From Camelus dromedarius (Eukaryota): a DNA stretch of 60,000 nt. The translations under genes were made by a program, and so were the position numbers. A model generated the notes under the pieces. It was not told the DNA's origin and did no database searches. It saw only the letters and a program-made list of their open reading frames with translations. Positions 11,761-24,289 of the stretch are shown in pieces. Numbering within the stretch: the first letter of the stretch is position 1; each line of letters starts with the position of its first letter. The stretch spans positions 114,950,001-115,010,000 of the forward strand of contig NC_087437.1 in NCBI RefSeq assembly GCF_036321535.1, given 5' to 3'.

Positions 11761-14134
11761 GCAGGGAACCCAGTCCCAGACCCAAGAAAAGCACTGGCAC
11801 CCACACTCGCACTCCAGCAGCACCGCAGCCAGGCCGCACTGCGAGAAAGCCTGGGAGGTACAGGAAGGGGGGATTCCATTTCAAAACTGCCCTCTGAATT
11901 AAAGAGACAACGGACATGGGGCTTTGATGGTAAATCAGTTCTACTCACTGATGAACGTTTTCTTGTCCTATACCTTTAAAAAATTCTCTTAATTTTCTCC
12001 TTATAACCCTGAGCTGGCCATCAGTGAACTGAGAAGCATTGTCCTCCTGAGCAGCACACCAGAAATTTTCTGAAACGTCTGTCTAGATTCAAATTCCTGG
12101 GAAACTCTAGACACACTCATGTTCCAGTTTAATACAAATAATGAATATTGAATTCAATTTCAATTGTTCAGTCTAATTCAGTGTAACATCATATGTGTAT
12201 CATGGTGTCCCCCAGATAAACTTTTTTTAAAGTTTAGCCAGAACTGAATAATAAACAGTTAATTCACTTTGAGAAATGTCTCACTGGTCACCATATCACA
12301 GCTGGGTTCACCCTGTCCCATCGGTAACACACTTTGATGCTGTAAAGAGCGTCCCTGCTCCTGCGGCACTGCGTCCTGGGAAGCAGGGAGTTGTTAGGGG
12401 AAGCTCACAGCTGGACTGCTCAGTGTCTGTCCTCAGGGCTCCAGAAAGTTCCAGAGGCCGTACCTAGGCTCTGATCCAGGGTGAAATGGGGAAGAGAGTG
12501 GATGAAGACTCCTTCCTGTGGACTCCGGGAATCTGCCTTTTCTGGCTCCCGTGAAGCGCCCACGACATCCCCTTCAGAAGTACCATGTGTCGCTCTGGGA
12601 CTAGCTGCAACTTTTCCCACTGTGGCTTTGGCATTGCCGAGAATGAGCCTTGACACAGGACACCTTGCTTGTCACCACCATCCTTCCAGGGCTTGTTAGG
12701 GGTTCCAGAGGGCAACACGGGGCTCCTTATGCCCCAGTGGGGCTGCTGAGCCCAGCAGGGCTGCAGGGGCCACAGCCGATCGGGTTGAGAATGCTCACCT
12801 CTTGCCATTCCCACGCGGAGCCGATGGGAAAGGCTTACAGAGCAAACACCCGGCCTGCCAGAACCTGGAAAACACTGATGCAGCCGAGCAGGACATCACA
12901 CTCATTCCCTCTGCCCGCACTCACTAAGCGCCTACTATGTGCTAGCGTATGTGCGAGGTACCAAGCACACACGACCCTGCCCTCTCGACAGGAGGTGGGT
13001 GGGAATCAGATTTATTGGGGTTTTTTTGACAGTCTCAGAGTCCTGATCACAGAGCAAAGATTCAACAAAGACCTTACATTGCGTGTGTGTGAGTAAGGAC
13101 AAGAGAAAAAAAGAGGAAACACGCAGGAGAGAATTAGCTCCTGACGTGCCCAGTAGGAAACGTTAAAAACAAACCTTCGCCCCTAGTTTCTCCAACAACT
13201 GCCCCAAACACTTCATCAGGGAAGGAAAACAACTCCGTTTCCTCTTGGGAGCCAGTACAGTATTGCTTTTCAATGTTTCAAACCTGTAAACAACCCTGCC
13301 TCCCCAGTTAGAAAACCCCAGCTCATGCAGGAATCATCCATCTTCATCTCAAACGCACATTTCTGCTCCTTGGCTGGAAAAAAGAAAAGCACTAAACAGA
13401 CCTCGGTGACCATTGTGTCAAACCTGAGAGGAGAGCGGGGCCTCGGCCCCACACTTCACCAGGTTGGGAGCAGCTTCAGGTGGGGTGTCATGTGAGGGCG
13501 TTTACGGAGCACGGGAGACACTGTCCGCCCGGCCAGCAGAGGGGAGGGCGGCTGGGGGGAGGAGGGTCCCCAAGGGAATTCTGAGAGGGACATTGAAAAC
13601 TTGAGTAAAATCCTGCATTGGCAAAGCCAGGTAGGTTTAATAACAGCCGTACAAGGAGCCCGAAGTGGGGGACCCTCCTTCCCAATGAAACTCTGTTTAT
13701 TTCCGTGACTCCACACCAGCGAGAGTTCCCCAAATCATGTATTTTAGGAGCCCAACCCCAAGAGCACTAACTGAATTACCTTTTCCCAACCTGCCGGAAC
13801 CTCAGCCCCAAGTTTATTTCTCTGCTTACTGTTTGTTTAATTTGGAGGGGTCAAAACGCCACTCCCAGCAGCGGGTGACCCCCAGATTCCAAGCACAAGT
13901 TTCACTGAAGCACAGTTTTACACTTGTTCCTAACGTGCACTCTTCAATCCTTGGCAATCTTACTCTGCCCCGATGCGGTTCCAGGGTGGAGGAGGAAGGG
14001 CGGTTCACGGTGCCTTTAATCACCTCCCAGCCAGCGAACCACCTTGTGCTGTGTGCATAAAACCAGGCGTGAGACAGTGCCAACAAGACTTCCTGCTCGC
14101 AGGAGGCCAAGGGAACAGAGTCAACTTCTTGAAA

Positions 14135-14257
14135 CTCTAAACCGAAAAGATCTATGCACCCCAATGTTCACAGAAGCACTAGTTACAACAGACAAGACGT
14201 GGAAGCAACCTAAATGTCCATCAACAGATGAATGGATAAAAAGTAGGTGGTAATGTG

Positions 14258-14307
<50 letters not shown>

Positions 14308-14810
14308 GGAATACTACTCAGCCATAAAAAAGAATGAAATAATGCCATTTGCAGCAACATGGATGGACCTGGAGATGATCATACTAAACAAGTTAGACAG
14401 AGAAAGACAAATATCATATGATATCACTTGTATGTGGAATCTAAAAAATGATACAAATGAACTTGTTTACAAAACAGAAATAGACTCACAGACACAGAAA
14501 ACAAACTTATAGTTACCAAAGGTGGGGGGGAGGGATAATTAAAAGTTTGGATTAATAGATACACACTACCATATGTAAAATAGACAAACTACGAGGTCCT
14601 ACTGTGTAGCACAGGGAACTAAATCCAATATCTTGTAATCACCTATAATAGAAAAGAATCTGAAAAAGAATCTATGTATGTATAACTGAATCACTTTGCT
14701 GTGCACCTGAAATGATCACAATATTGTAAATCAACTATACTGCAATTTAAAAAAAGAGAGAAAACAAAAAACAAAGTCACAGATAGGCATAATATATTTT
14801 TTTTAAAAAA
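14135..14810 (+). mobile_element. 5'-truncated cetartiodactyl-type L1 with internal (AC)19
   Basis: ORF2p C-terminal [29 protein letters not shown] and MEYYSAIKKNE; 3' UTR ...TAGCACAGGGAACT...TGTAAATCAACTATAC; (AC)19 at 14267-14304; candidate TSD AACTTCTTRAAA at 14123-14134 and 14815-14826. Confidence 0.9.
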
Positions 14811-14844
14811 AGGTAACTTCTTAAAAAAGAAACCACACACACTG

Positions 14845-15222
14845 CATAAATATCCAGTGGAATGTTATCCAGCCATCAAGGCGAGTGAAGGTCTGGTACC
14901 TGCTGCGATGCTGATGAACCTTGAAGATATTATGCTGAGTGCAAGAAGCCAGACACAGAAGACCACCTGTAGTGTGACGGCATTTATGTGAAACACCCAA
15001 AACAGGCAAATCTATAGGGACAGGAACGGATTAGGGGTTGCCAGGGGCTGAGGGGAGAGGGGAATGGGGTGCAACTGCTTACTCTGTGTCCTTTTGGGGT
15101 GATGAAAGTGTTTTGGAAATAGATAGAGGTGTGGTTGCACAACACTGGGCATGGACTAAATGCCACTGAGTTTTTCATTTTAAAATGGTTAATTTTATGT
15201 TATGTGAATTTTGCCTCAGTGA
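14845..15222 (+). mobile_element. L1MB-like 3' fragment
   Basis: ATGAACCTTGAAGATATTATGCTGAGTGCAAGAAGCCAGACACA...AAATGGTTAATTTTATGTTATGTGAATTT. Confidence 0.85.
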
Positions 15223-15377
15223 ACACACACACACGCTATTATTATTTGCAACCTGAAAAGAAGCTATGATTTTAACCTCTTGATGTCACCTGGATGTCTT
15301 CTGTTAGCTGTAAAGATGTCCTAATAATGAAATTCCTTCTCAATAACACACGTGACACATTCCTGGATTTTGATACA

Positions 15378-15519
15378 TTTTTTTTAAATAAAAAAAAGGT
15401 TTAGGGAAGGTAATTAGGTTTATTTACTAATTTATTTTTAATGGAGGTACTGGGGAGTGAACCTAGGACCCTGTGCATACTAGGCGTGCAGTCTACCACT
15501 GAGCCATACCCTCCCCCCC
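15378..15519 (-). mobile_element. tRNA-derived SINE, vic-1 type with extended tail
   Basis: GGTAATTAGGTTTATTT...ATGGAGGTACTGGGGAGTGAACCTAGGACC...CTACCACTGAGCCATACCCTCCCCC. Confidence 0.85.
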
Positions 15520-16457
15520 GATAGTACTTTTTTTAAAGAGGAGTAACATCTGGTGTCAGTGCTCAGTTTCTAATTCTCTGTCTGCAATGGAGTCACATTT
15601 CAACAAGTCTTGATACGAATGATTTGCTTGAGGGGGAGAAAGCACAATTCCAGAATACGTGGGTGCCTCCTCTCTAGAAAAAACACCGCCAATTCAGACA
15701 GGGGGGCGTTCAGGGAAGAACATGTATTTGGCGGGTCTTCCCCACCCAGCCTGTGTCCCAGATGCATGTCTGATGCCTCTTCGGTAGCACGTGCTCGTAA
15801 GGACGGCCTCCTTGGGAAACCACATTCTGCCGATCAACTTCCACATCTGCATTAGGGGTTGGATGAAACGGAGTTTCTTGTTTTGGTTCTAGAGGAGTGA
15901 TGTGGGACGTCAGAAGTCACATGCCCTTAAATAAAACCACACAGAGATGGATATTAGTACCAGGTTTGTTTGGAAGTACCAGTGGCTGTTTAATTGCAAT
16001 TTTACAGAAACAAACTATGGGCTGAGAGTTATTTTTATCAGTCATGTTTTTTTGTTTCTGCCATTTCCAGGGTGAGCCTCAAGTACCATGGCCAGACCCC
16101 TGCAGCTGGGGTCATTTCCCCCTCAGCCTGGGCGCTGATGGCATTTGGTGAGGAGTTGATCACAGGTCCAGCCTGGGGACCCTGCCTTGCCTCACTGCTG
16201 CCCCACAGGCTCCTGCCCTCACTCATCCCAAAGAAGCTCCTGGCCCACACCCCGTGTCAGATGAGGGACCACACCGACCGTCTACCCTCGATTATCCCAG
16301 TCTGGGACTAAGTCTGGGCTCTGGCTTCCTTCCCCACTCCCTGCTTTGGGCTGAAAGCACCTCTGCCAGGGGCTCAGGCAAGTCAACCCACGGGAGAGAA
16401 AATCTCCCTTTGCTCCTTGGCCCATTCCGCTGCCTTTTCCACCAGGAACTGAAGGCG

Positions 16458-16632
16458 GAGGCAGGATATATAATTTGCAGGGTCTAGTGTCCAAAGAAAA
16501 TGCAGGGACCCTTATTCAAAAATTGTTAAGGACTTCAAGATGGTGACAGATGAGCTTTAACACAAGCACAGGTCCTTCCAGGCGCAGGCCCCTTGGGTCC
16601 GCACAGGCCTCGGGCCCCTGACGCTGGTGAGG
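16458..16632 (-). mobile_element. MER45A (hAT-Tip100)
   Basis: ATAATTTGCAGGGTCTAGTG...GAAAATGCAGGGACCCTTATTCAAAAATTGTTAAGGACTTCAAGATGGTGACAG. Confidence 0.75.
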
Positions 16633-17009
16633 CTGTGGGGTGGTGGGAAGATGGAGATACAAGAAACTCCACTTATCCAAGCACCATCCTCGGTTAAGGG
16701 GCCGCATGTTCTAGCAACAGTACCTAAAACTGGGTGGATTCATCTGTCTGTGTTCTCAGGCCAGACTCCCACCCCTTAAATGGTGAGAGAAAGCAGATTT
16801 GGGGAGGAGCAGGTGAGCCCAGATTAGAAGAAGCTGAGCACGAGGCGACTGTGGGACATCTCAGGGGAGAAGTCAGCTGTGGGAAACAGAACATCCCCCT
16901 GACCTGGAGTCACCCAGCAGCCCCAGTGCCCATCCTCCTGGCCCGGCAAGTCCAGCAGAGATAGTCTCCCCTATTCTCTGCCGAATAAAATCCCCAAGGC
17001 ACACTGATG

Positions 17010-17240
17010 GATCCAGCTTCAGGCACATGCCCATCCCTGAACCAATCACTATGGATGTGGAAGCGGGTATTCTGATTGGTCAGATCTGTGTCATGTGCTC
17101 TGCCCATGTGGCCAGGAGAGGGTGCGGTACCTTGACTGACAACTCCATCAGAAAGCCTGGGGAATAGGGGATGGTTCCCAAAGGCAAAGGGGATGCTTGC
17201 TACTAGAAGGGCAGTGGAAAAATATGTTGGATACAAAAAG
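17010..17240 (-). mobile_element. Old MaLR LTR fragment (MLT1K/L-like)
   Basis: CACATGCCCATCCCTGAACCAATCACT...TCTGATTGGTCAG...TCATGTGCTC. Confidence 0.6.
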
Positions 17241-17454
17241 TAATAATAATAATAAAACAAACAAAGCCAGCCACAACAACTCAGACTAAGTTATACAAAG
17301 AAGAAAACTTAACTGAGTGAAAAAGCAGGAATCCTAGAGGAGAGCTAGCTTCAGAGAGTCCAGGAACCCTCAGGTATCACCAGCTCTCCTATCTATCTGA
17401 CTCATCCGTCCACCCATCCAACTGTCTTTCTCATGGTCCTGCTTCTCTCTGTTT

Positions 17455-17690
17455 ATTGTTAAGGCACAGGCTTTGAAGCCAAACTATTGAAGTTCAAGTC
17501 CAGATTCCATAACTGATAGCTATGTGGCCTTAGGACAATTTACTTAAACTCTCTATGCCTCCATTTCTTCATCTGCAAAACGGGGATAATAAGCTGTCCC
17601 ATAAGACTGATCTGAGGATTAACTGAGTTATTCTTATAGAGCGCTCAGAACAGCACCTGACGCCTGGTAATTGCTCCACAAGTGTCAGTT
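17455..17690 (+). mobile_element. MIR SINE (near full length)
   Basis: CAGGCTTTGAAGCCA...TGTGGCCTTAGGACAATTTACTTAAACTCTCTATGCCTCCATTTCTTCATCTGCAAAACGGGGATAATAA. Confidence 0.85.
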
Positions 17691-19189
17691 CTCGCTGCCA
17701 TTGCTGTGGGTGGGCTCTTTGCACGTGGCTGGGGTGGGCGGGGGGGGGGGGGAGGGAGAGCCACAGACAGCTCCAGCCCTATGCTGTTCCACTCACCAAA
17801 CCTCTGACGGGGCAAGCTTTACTCTTCTCGGCATCCATGCACAAAACCTCAGGAAAGGACGCTCTGGTGCCCTGGCCGGGGTCACATGCCCATGTCTGGG
17901 TCATTCACCACGGCCAGGGGTAGGGTACTAGTTTTGACCAAGCAGGCATCATGTGTCCAAAACTGTGCCTAGGGGTAGGGGATGTGGTTGGCAGTCTACC
18001 CAGAGCCCGGGCTGTTCCCAGGAGTCAGGGAGAAAGGATGCTGGGCGGGCTAAAGCCACCGATGTCCTCTGCACTGGCAAACCTTCCTGGGGGGACTTCA
18101 CACTTCTTACAGTTTGTGTCTTGGAAGAGTTACGTACGGCCATCATCCTCATGGGTCAAAAAGAACATTCATCAACGGCTACACGGTGAACCGTGAGGGG
18201 CCACTGCGCCAGGTCTACCCTCCAGGTTCCAGAGCCTCCTGTGCGCCCCGCGCGGCTCCTGGAACAGAGGCTGGCTCGCGACGCACCCTTCTTGCTGACC
18301 CTGCAGCCGGCCCACGCGCGCCATGAGTCCTTGCGTGTCCTTGGCTTGTAATGAGCTAATCCTCACCCGGGACTGTTTCTTCTGAGGGGGTTCTCTGTTG
18401 CCTGGTTTGTGGAGCCAATTTTAGGTAAACCCTCAGATTGAGAATCACTCAGCACACAACTGAGGTAAATCAATATTATAAACAGCATCTGGCTTGGGCT
18501 TAAAGTTTTACTTCTCACAGGATAGCGTTTCTCCCCCGACTCAGAACCCTGGATGTGAAAAAAAAAACAAAAAACCTTTCTTGGCCTCTGAGTCCACCAT
18601 TCACAGAGGGTGTTGGTGCCTTTGGAGGGTTTCAGTTTTATTCCGGGGGCGTCCGAGATCCAGGTCTCATCTTCTTAAGTGAGTGTTACAACGGACTGCT
18701 GAGACCTAATTCAGGTGAGACTCCGCCTGGAAGCTCCGGCTTCAGTGACAGATGTCTCCATCGCCTTCCAGCTTCCAGAGGACACTGTGTTTCTAGCACT
18801 GGGATTTCCCCTCTCTTTCATCCATGACTTTTTAATTGATTCAGTTATCCAGCTTTTACAGGCGTTTGTATCCAGAGTTCTTCCATATTATCTTGGTCCA
18901 CCATGTTGCCAAAACCAGAAGTCCATTGTAGACACTCAGTAAGATAACTGCCAAATGCTGAAGAGTGGAGAAATGCACCAACGAGCTGTCATCTCAGAGA
19001 AAGCGAGGAGCCACGGTCAGGTTGCTTGTCAGCTCTCTTGTTCTCCAGCTATTTGAAAGACAATATGGAAACTATTGCAGGGGCCACCCGTCTTTTCCTT
19101 TTCCATTTGGCTGATGAGTTTCCCTCATCAATAAGAGACAGGGACAGCCCAATGTCACTGTCATTAGCAACAATACAGATTGCCATCCT

Positions 19190-19400
19190 GGCCAGCATTT
19201 ATTCACCATGCACCAGACTGTAGTAAGTGCTTGCTACACATTATCTCATTTGAGGTGCATTATAATTCTCTAGGGTAGCAACAGTATTACCAGTCTCACT
19301 TGACAAATGCTGGACCTGGGTGATCCGGCGAAGTGAATTCACAGCTAGTAAACACGTGTGCTGAAATTGAACTCAGGTCATTCAGGCTTCCAAGCCTGCC
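19190..19400 (-). mobile_element. MIR SINE
   Basis: CATTTATT...ACATTATCTCATTT...CACAGCTAGTAA...TTGAACTCAGGTC...CCAAGCCTG. Confidence 0.65.
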
Positions 19401-20244
19401 TATTTTCAGTAAAGAAAAATGAAAGCAAAATGGCAAAGTGAATGGGAAAGACTAGATCTGTTCTGACTTAAATATCCTTGGCGCTCATGGTACCACGTTG
19501 TGAAAACACAGCCCTCTAGTTAATTTACTTCAGTCCTTCCCATCCCACCCCCACCTCCTCCTTCTAGCACAGAATTGCAGTCGTGTTTTGGATGCTTTCC
19601 TTGGTTCACCTTCATCCCTACCTCACCCCCACTTACCAACTTCTTTTCCCTGGCCTAGATTCCGGTTGCCACAGCCCACGCCCTCCCCTGCTCTGGCTCA
19701 GGCTGATCACTAGAAAGTTCACAGGGTGGTGCATATCAGTCATGCCCTCTCATTTCTCGTAGTCCCCCACCCTTGCCCCAAGCCTCAAGTCCTGCACAAG
19801 AACAAGCCATGGGTTCTGTGTCTGCACCAAAGGTAAGCCGAGTCTTGGGGCATGTCCTTGCCCCAAGTTCACAAACAGGTCGGCCTCTTCCCCTTGGCAC
19901 AAACACAGAACTAAGTTTTACCTTCCTGAGACCACAGTCTGAGAGATTAGCCAGTGTCAGAATCTGATTCCACTACCTGCCGGCCGTAGTAGAAAGCCAG
20001 GAGTCCAGAGCCCAGTCAGATCAAGGGAGACCTCAAAAACACCTGTCCAGGAAATTTTAGGAAATTGGATAAAGGAGGCAAGAGAGGATATCCAGGAGAG
20101 TCTTCACACCAGAGCAGTCAACACACCGGACTCACACACACATCCTTCTGTTGGCTTCTGTCATCCCCACCCCTCCCCCCATAGCTGCCAAGTCTTCTCT
20201 TTTCCAATAACTTTCCCCTTTCCTGGAGCTGTTTTCCCCAGGTG

Positions 20245-20343
20245 TGGTGGTGGTGGTGGTAATAGCTCAGTGGTAGTGTGTGCTAAGCATGCACGAGGTC
20301 CTGAGTTCAATCCCCAGTACCTCTATTCAAAAAAAAAAAAAAA
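20245..20343 (+). mobile_element. tRNA-derived SINE, vic-1 type
   Basis: ATAGCTCAGTGGTAG...AGCATGCACGAGGTCCTGAGTTCAATCCCCAGTACCTC followed by poly-A; the 5' G-rich head reads as (GGT)n. Confidence 0.9.
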
Positions 20344-21106
20344 GACATGCTTTCCCCTCCAAACCTTTACCCCTTCCCTATTTGATATCTCAGATCTGAA
20401 TGTAAAAGATGTGCAGACATTTCCTCTCCACCTTATCCGCAGCACTACCATTGCACACCGCACCCCTCCACCCTGCCAACACACACACATTTGGCCACTG
20501 ACAAAGGTAGGCATCTTTGTTTGTCATTTAGAGCAGACCAATGGCATTTGAAAAGGTTATTGCTCTTACAGTAAACTGTGTAGCCCAGGGACAGTCACCT
20601 TGTGAGCTTCTTTATTCATGAAACCTCACTCTCCCTCCCAGGATTGATGGGTGACAGCTCCTCGTTCTGAGCCTTTCTTATATATATTTACAGTAGTTTC
20701 CGGAGTACATCCTTAATCAAAGGGGCCATGACTCGTGGACACATCTTTGGAATATTAGTGAGTAACTCATTAAAATGTTAATAGCTTCTGTCCGGGTGTA
20801 TTGATCGTGATGTCAACTATACTTGGAATAATAGATAAAGTTGAGTCTTTAATTTTTACCTTTCAACGATGCTGAGTGATAAGTGAACCAAAGAGTGTCT
20901 GAGGGGAAATAAGTTACCTTGGAGGCCTCCAAGTGAACTGGGATCAAATAAAGAAGGATCTGTCAAGCTCTGTGATGAAAAATGTCACTGCAGACAGAGT
21001 CAAGCTCCAGCCCAAATACAGAGTAGGGGAAATACCCCAAATCTGTGGACCGTGGGTCTTTTTCTGAGGATGTTTCTAGGTATACCAATCAGCAAGGGTG
21101 ATTTGT

Positions 21107-21192
21107 GGGGGTGGGTATAGTTCAGTGGCAGAGCATATGCTTAGCATGCATGAGGTCCTGGGTTCAATCCCCAGTACCTCCATTTCAAAAAA
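21107..21192 (+). mobile_element. tRNA-derived SINE, vic-1 type
   Basis: GGGGGTGGGTATAGTTCAGTGGCAGAGCATATGCTTAGCATGCATGAGGTCCTGGGTTCAATCCCCAGTACCTCCA with A tail; degenerate TSD AAGGGTGATTT / AAGGGGATTT. Confidence 0.9.
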
Positions 21193-21329
21193 GGGGATTT
21201 TTTTCAACAACCTGAAAAATATCTCCTGGCTTCCCCAAGTCTTCTTAGCAATGGAGGCACGGGCAACCCCAGATTGAGAGGAACCACCATTCCAAGAGCC
21301 ATTTTCAGTTTCACAAGACAAACGTCCAG

Positions 21330-21789
21330 GATGAGCGTCCTCTTGTGCTCTGCCTACCTGCCGGTTGCTCCCTGGCTTCTATGTCCTTTGATCCTTTGTA
21401 CCTCATTGGCCTTCTGCCCTTGCTCTTCCTTCTGCCTGGAAAGTTCTCCTGGCCTCCGGTGTTCACGAGGCTGCACAAGGCTGGATCCTTCATGCCAGTC
21501 AGCTCTCAACCCACCTGTCACCCCTGGAGATGCTCCTTGGACTTCCTATCCTGAAACAGCCCCCCTCATCCTCAAGCAAACCCTCCCTAATGCGAACCTG
21601 CTTGATTTTAAATGCCATGTCCCTCTCTGAAGTCATCCTTGTTCTCCGTCAACTTGATTTCTAAATGTCTCCTCCCAGAACGATGAGTGGGGACCATGTC
21701 TATCTTACCTCTCACTGCAGCCCCAGCATTTGGTCCAGGTCAGTCACGTGTGTAGTAAGCACTCCGTAAATATCAGTTGAATAAATGAA
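21330..21789 (+). mobile_element. L2 3' fragment
   Basis: TTGCTCTTCCTTCTGCCTGGAA...GTAGTAAGCACTCCGTAAATATCAGTTGAATAAATGAA. Confidence 0.7.
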
Positions 21790-24289
21790 GAGTTCCCTAA
21801 AACAAGGAAGGGATCCTGGGGAGGCCCAGAGGAAGTTAAACTGAAAGGGGCTCTACTAAGAAGAGCAGAGGAGAGGCTGTGAAGGAATGTGGGAAAATCC
21901 TCAGGAAATGTCTCCTACTTAGAGGATGCGGAGGAGGAAAGGATTTGGTTGGGATGCACACCTAAAACTCCAGTTACTACTTGGAGCGCAATTCAAGAGG
22001 GAAAATCCTTCATACAACTCTGTGACTCAGAGCCTGAGTGCCATGGTTGAAGGACCTGCTTGGGTCTTAAGTCAACGTTTCCAGAACAAACACCCACAAC
22101 CAGAAGGGGCCAGGGCCCCTGACACATCACACCACTCTCTCGGGCTGGGGCAAGTTCTGTTAAGGACATTATTATCATTCCTGACGATCTGCCATCCCAG
22201 CCCTGGCTGCTCTGATACCCCATCAATGGGCCCATTCAGATGGCGCCCCGTTTTGCATATTATTCTTAATAAACATTCACGGCACAAGCCATAATGGCCC
22301 TTTCAAGGCTGCTGCTTTGAATGTGTGTTAACAACAGAGTACCTTTGTGTACTTACACATAAAAGTACACTGGCCACCCTGTTGATACGTGGCATATATA
22401 TTTATAAATATTTATCACCGAGTCACGGCTGACATTTTCAAAATGCTGCATTTGAACTAGACCCCGTTTTTTTTCTGTCTGCCAAGCTGAGAGGCCAGAC
22501 AAGGTTAATTAATCCAATTTTGCCTAATAATGTGTGGTGTAATGATCTCCATGCCCTGGTTTTATTTGTCAAGGGGGAGGGGGCTCCAGGGAAAGAGCTC
22601 TGTGACTCGGAAAGGAGGGCTTTCCCAACTCTGGGCTTGATCCCAGGCCGGCCTGGGGCGATGGGGACGTGCCCATAGCACCTTCTGGGGAAGCAAGAAA
22701 GAGAAGAAGCCAGTTGCAAATAAAATCCAGGGCTCCGGACTTGGGTTATCCCCAGGGCAAGGGATAAAGTGGCCTAAGGAGTCTCTCTCCTGATTCTATC
22801 CCCGTCTCCTGCCCAAGCCCCTGGGAGATTCCAAGGATTCAGAAAGGACATTCCAATTGCACTCTGATGACTGGGCTGGAACTCCTTGCTCCTCACGGCT
22901 TGGTTGATGTGAGAACACTTGTGAAGATGTCTAGGGCAAAACAAATATTGGATCTGATAAGGATTGGCCAACAGAAATACCTGTTTTTAAAAAAAAGTGA
23001 TGGCATGCTTTGCAAATGCAAATGCAAATGCTTTGACCTCGTGCATTGGTTTGGTTCACAAATGACTGTGCCCTGAAGACTCCTCCGCAAACCTGATATA
23101 TCTTGATTATCCCCAAAGGGGCCTCCTGTTTTGTGCCTTTGGACCCCTATTCAGACTCATCTTCTAACTCCTGAAGCTGGAGAGCAGCTAAGCCAGGATG
23201 GTATTTCGAAAGGAGGTCTTCAAAGCATCTCTGAATTCCCTGAACCCCGGCTCATGTCCACTCAACTCCCTAGGTGTCGTGAATGCCTGTCTCTTCCCTG
23301 CCGTGGCTTTTGGTGTCGTAGGAATCCCGTTTGCCTGCCCCTGCTCTCCATCCCCACGTGGCCTCCCAGGTTGCAAAACAGACCGCACAGACAATGGCTC
23401 CAAGCTCCTTCTGCCTCGTCACCTCTGGGCTTGCCCTGGCCCGGCTCTGTGGGGCCAGCAAACTTCCCCACCCCACACTGCCCTCCACCCCACACTCACC
23501 TCCACCAAGCAAACCTGGGCTGTTAAATCCCAACTCGTCGGTCCCATTTAACACGGATGAAACAAAACTGAAGAACAGTGATCTACTTTAAAAAAAAATT
23601 CAAGTGCAGGCCCGCACCACCTCAGGTTTTAAACCATCTATTCTTTGGCCCCTCTGTGTGCCACGGAGTCTTGTCAGCACCTGGAGCTCACGCCTAACGT
23701 GCCTGAGTCAGACGCCTTTCTCAACACGCCCTCGCAAGTGGCTTGATTACCCAGTGGGCATTCACTGCATCTGGGCTCCCTTCCTTTTACTCTACAGCTG
23801 AGTCAGCAGGGAAGGGGGCGGGGCACAGCCATTGGAGGAATGACACAGCAGTTGAGGACAGGACACACTGGTTAGAACCAAGATGGCGGAAGTATGACTT
23901 CCAGTGGACCTTGAGCCTCATGGCACACCCACAGGCGCCAGGGCAGCTCCCAGGCTGACCAGAAAAGGTCAAAAAGAGGGTGGGGTCCCAATTCCTGGAA
24001 ATCCTCTGAGGAGGCATTAATAACCACTTATTAATCAACATGTGGATGGGCATGTGTAGTAGACCCACCCAGTGTGCCCCTCAAGATCTCTCAGCTCACC
24101 TTCTTCCTGGACCCCCGCTGCTTGCCTGGCCCCAGGGCCAGACCAGCTTCCTTAATCCATGATGTTCTACTGCCTAGGGCCAGCCAGCTCCACACCCAGA
24201 GTCTCTGGCTCCTCCTGACCCTTACGGACTCAGCAAAAAAAAGGTTGAAATGCACGTGCAGGGCATGGGGTCTGACTTCTGTCCGGCTG

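Noticed and set aside
21107..21192. tRNA gene (also 1475-1574, 15378-15519, 20245-20343)
   Set aside because: A/B boxes are present, but the copies are degenerate, carry G-rich heads, A-rich tails and TSD-like flanks, and so are SINEs.
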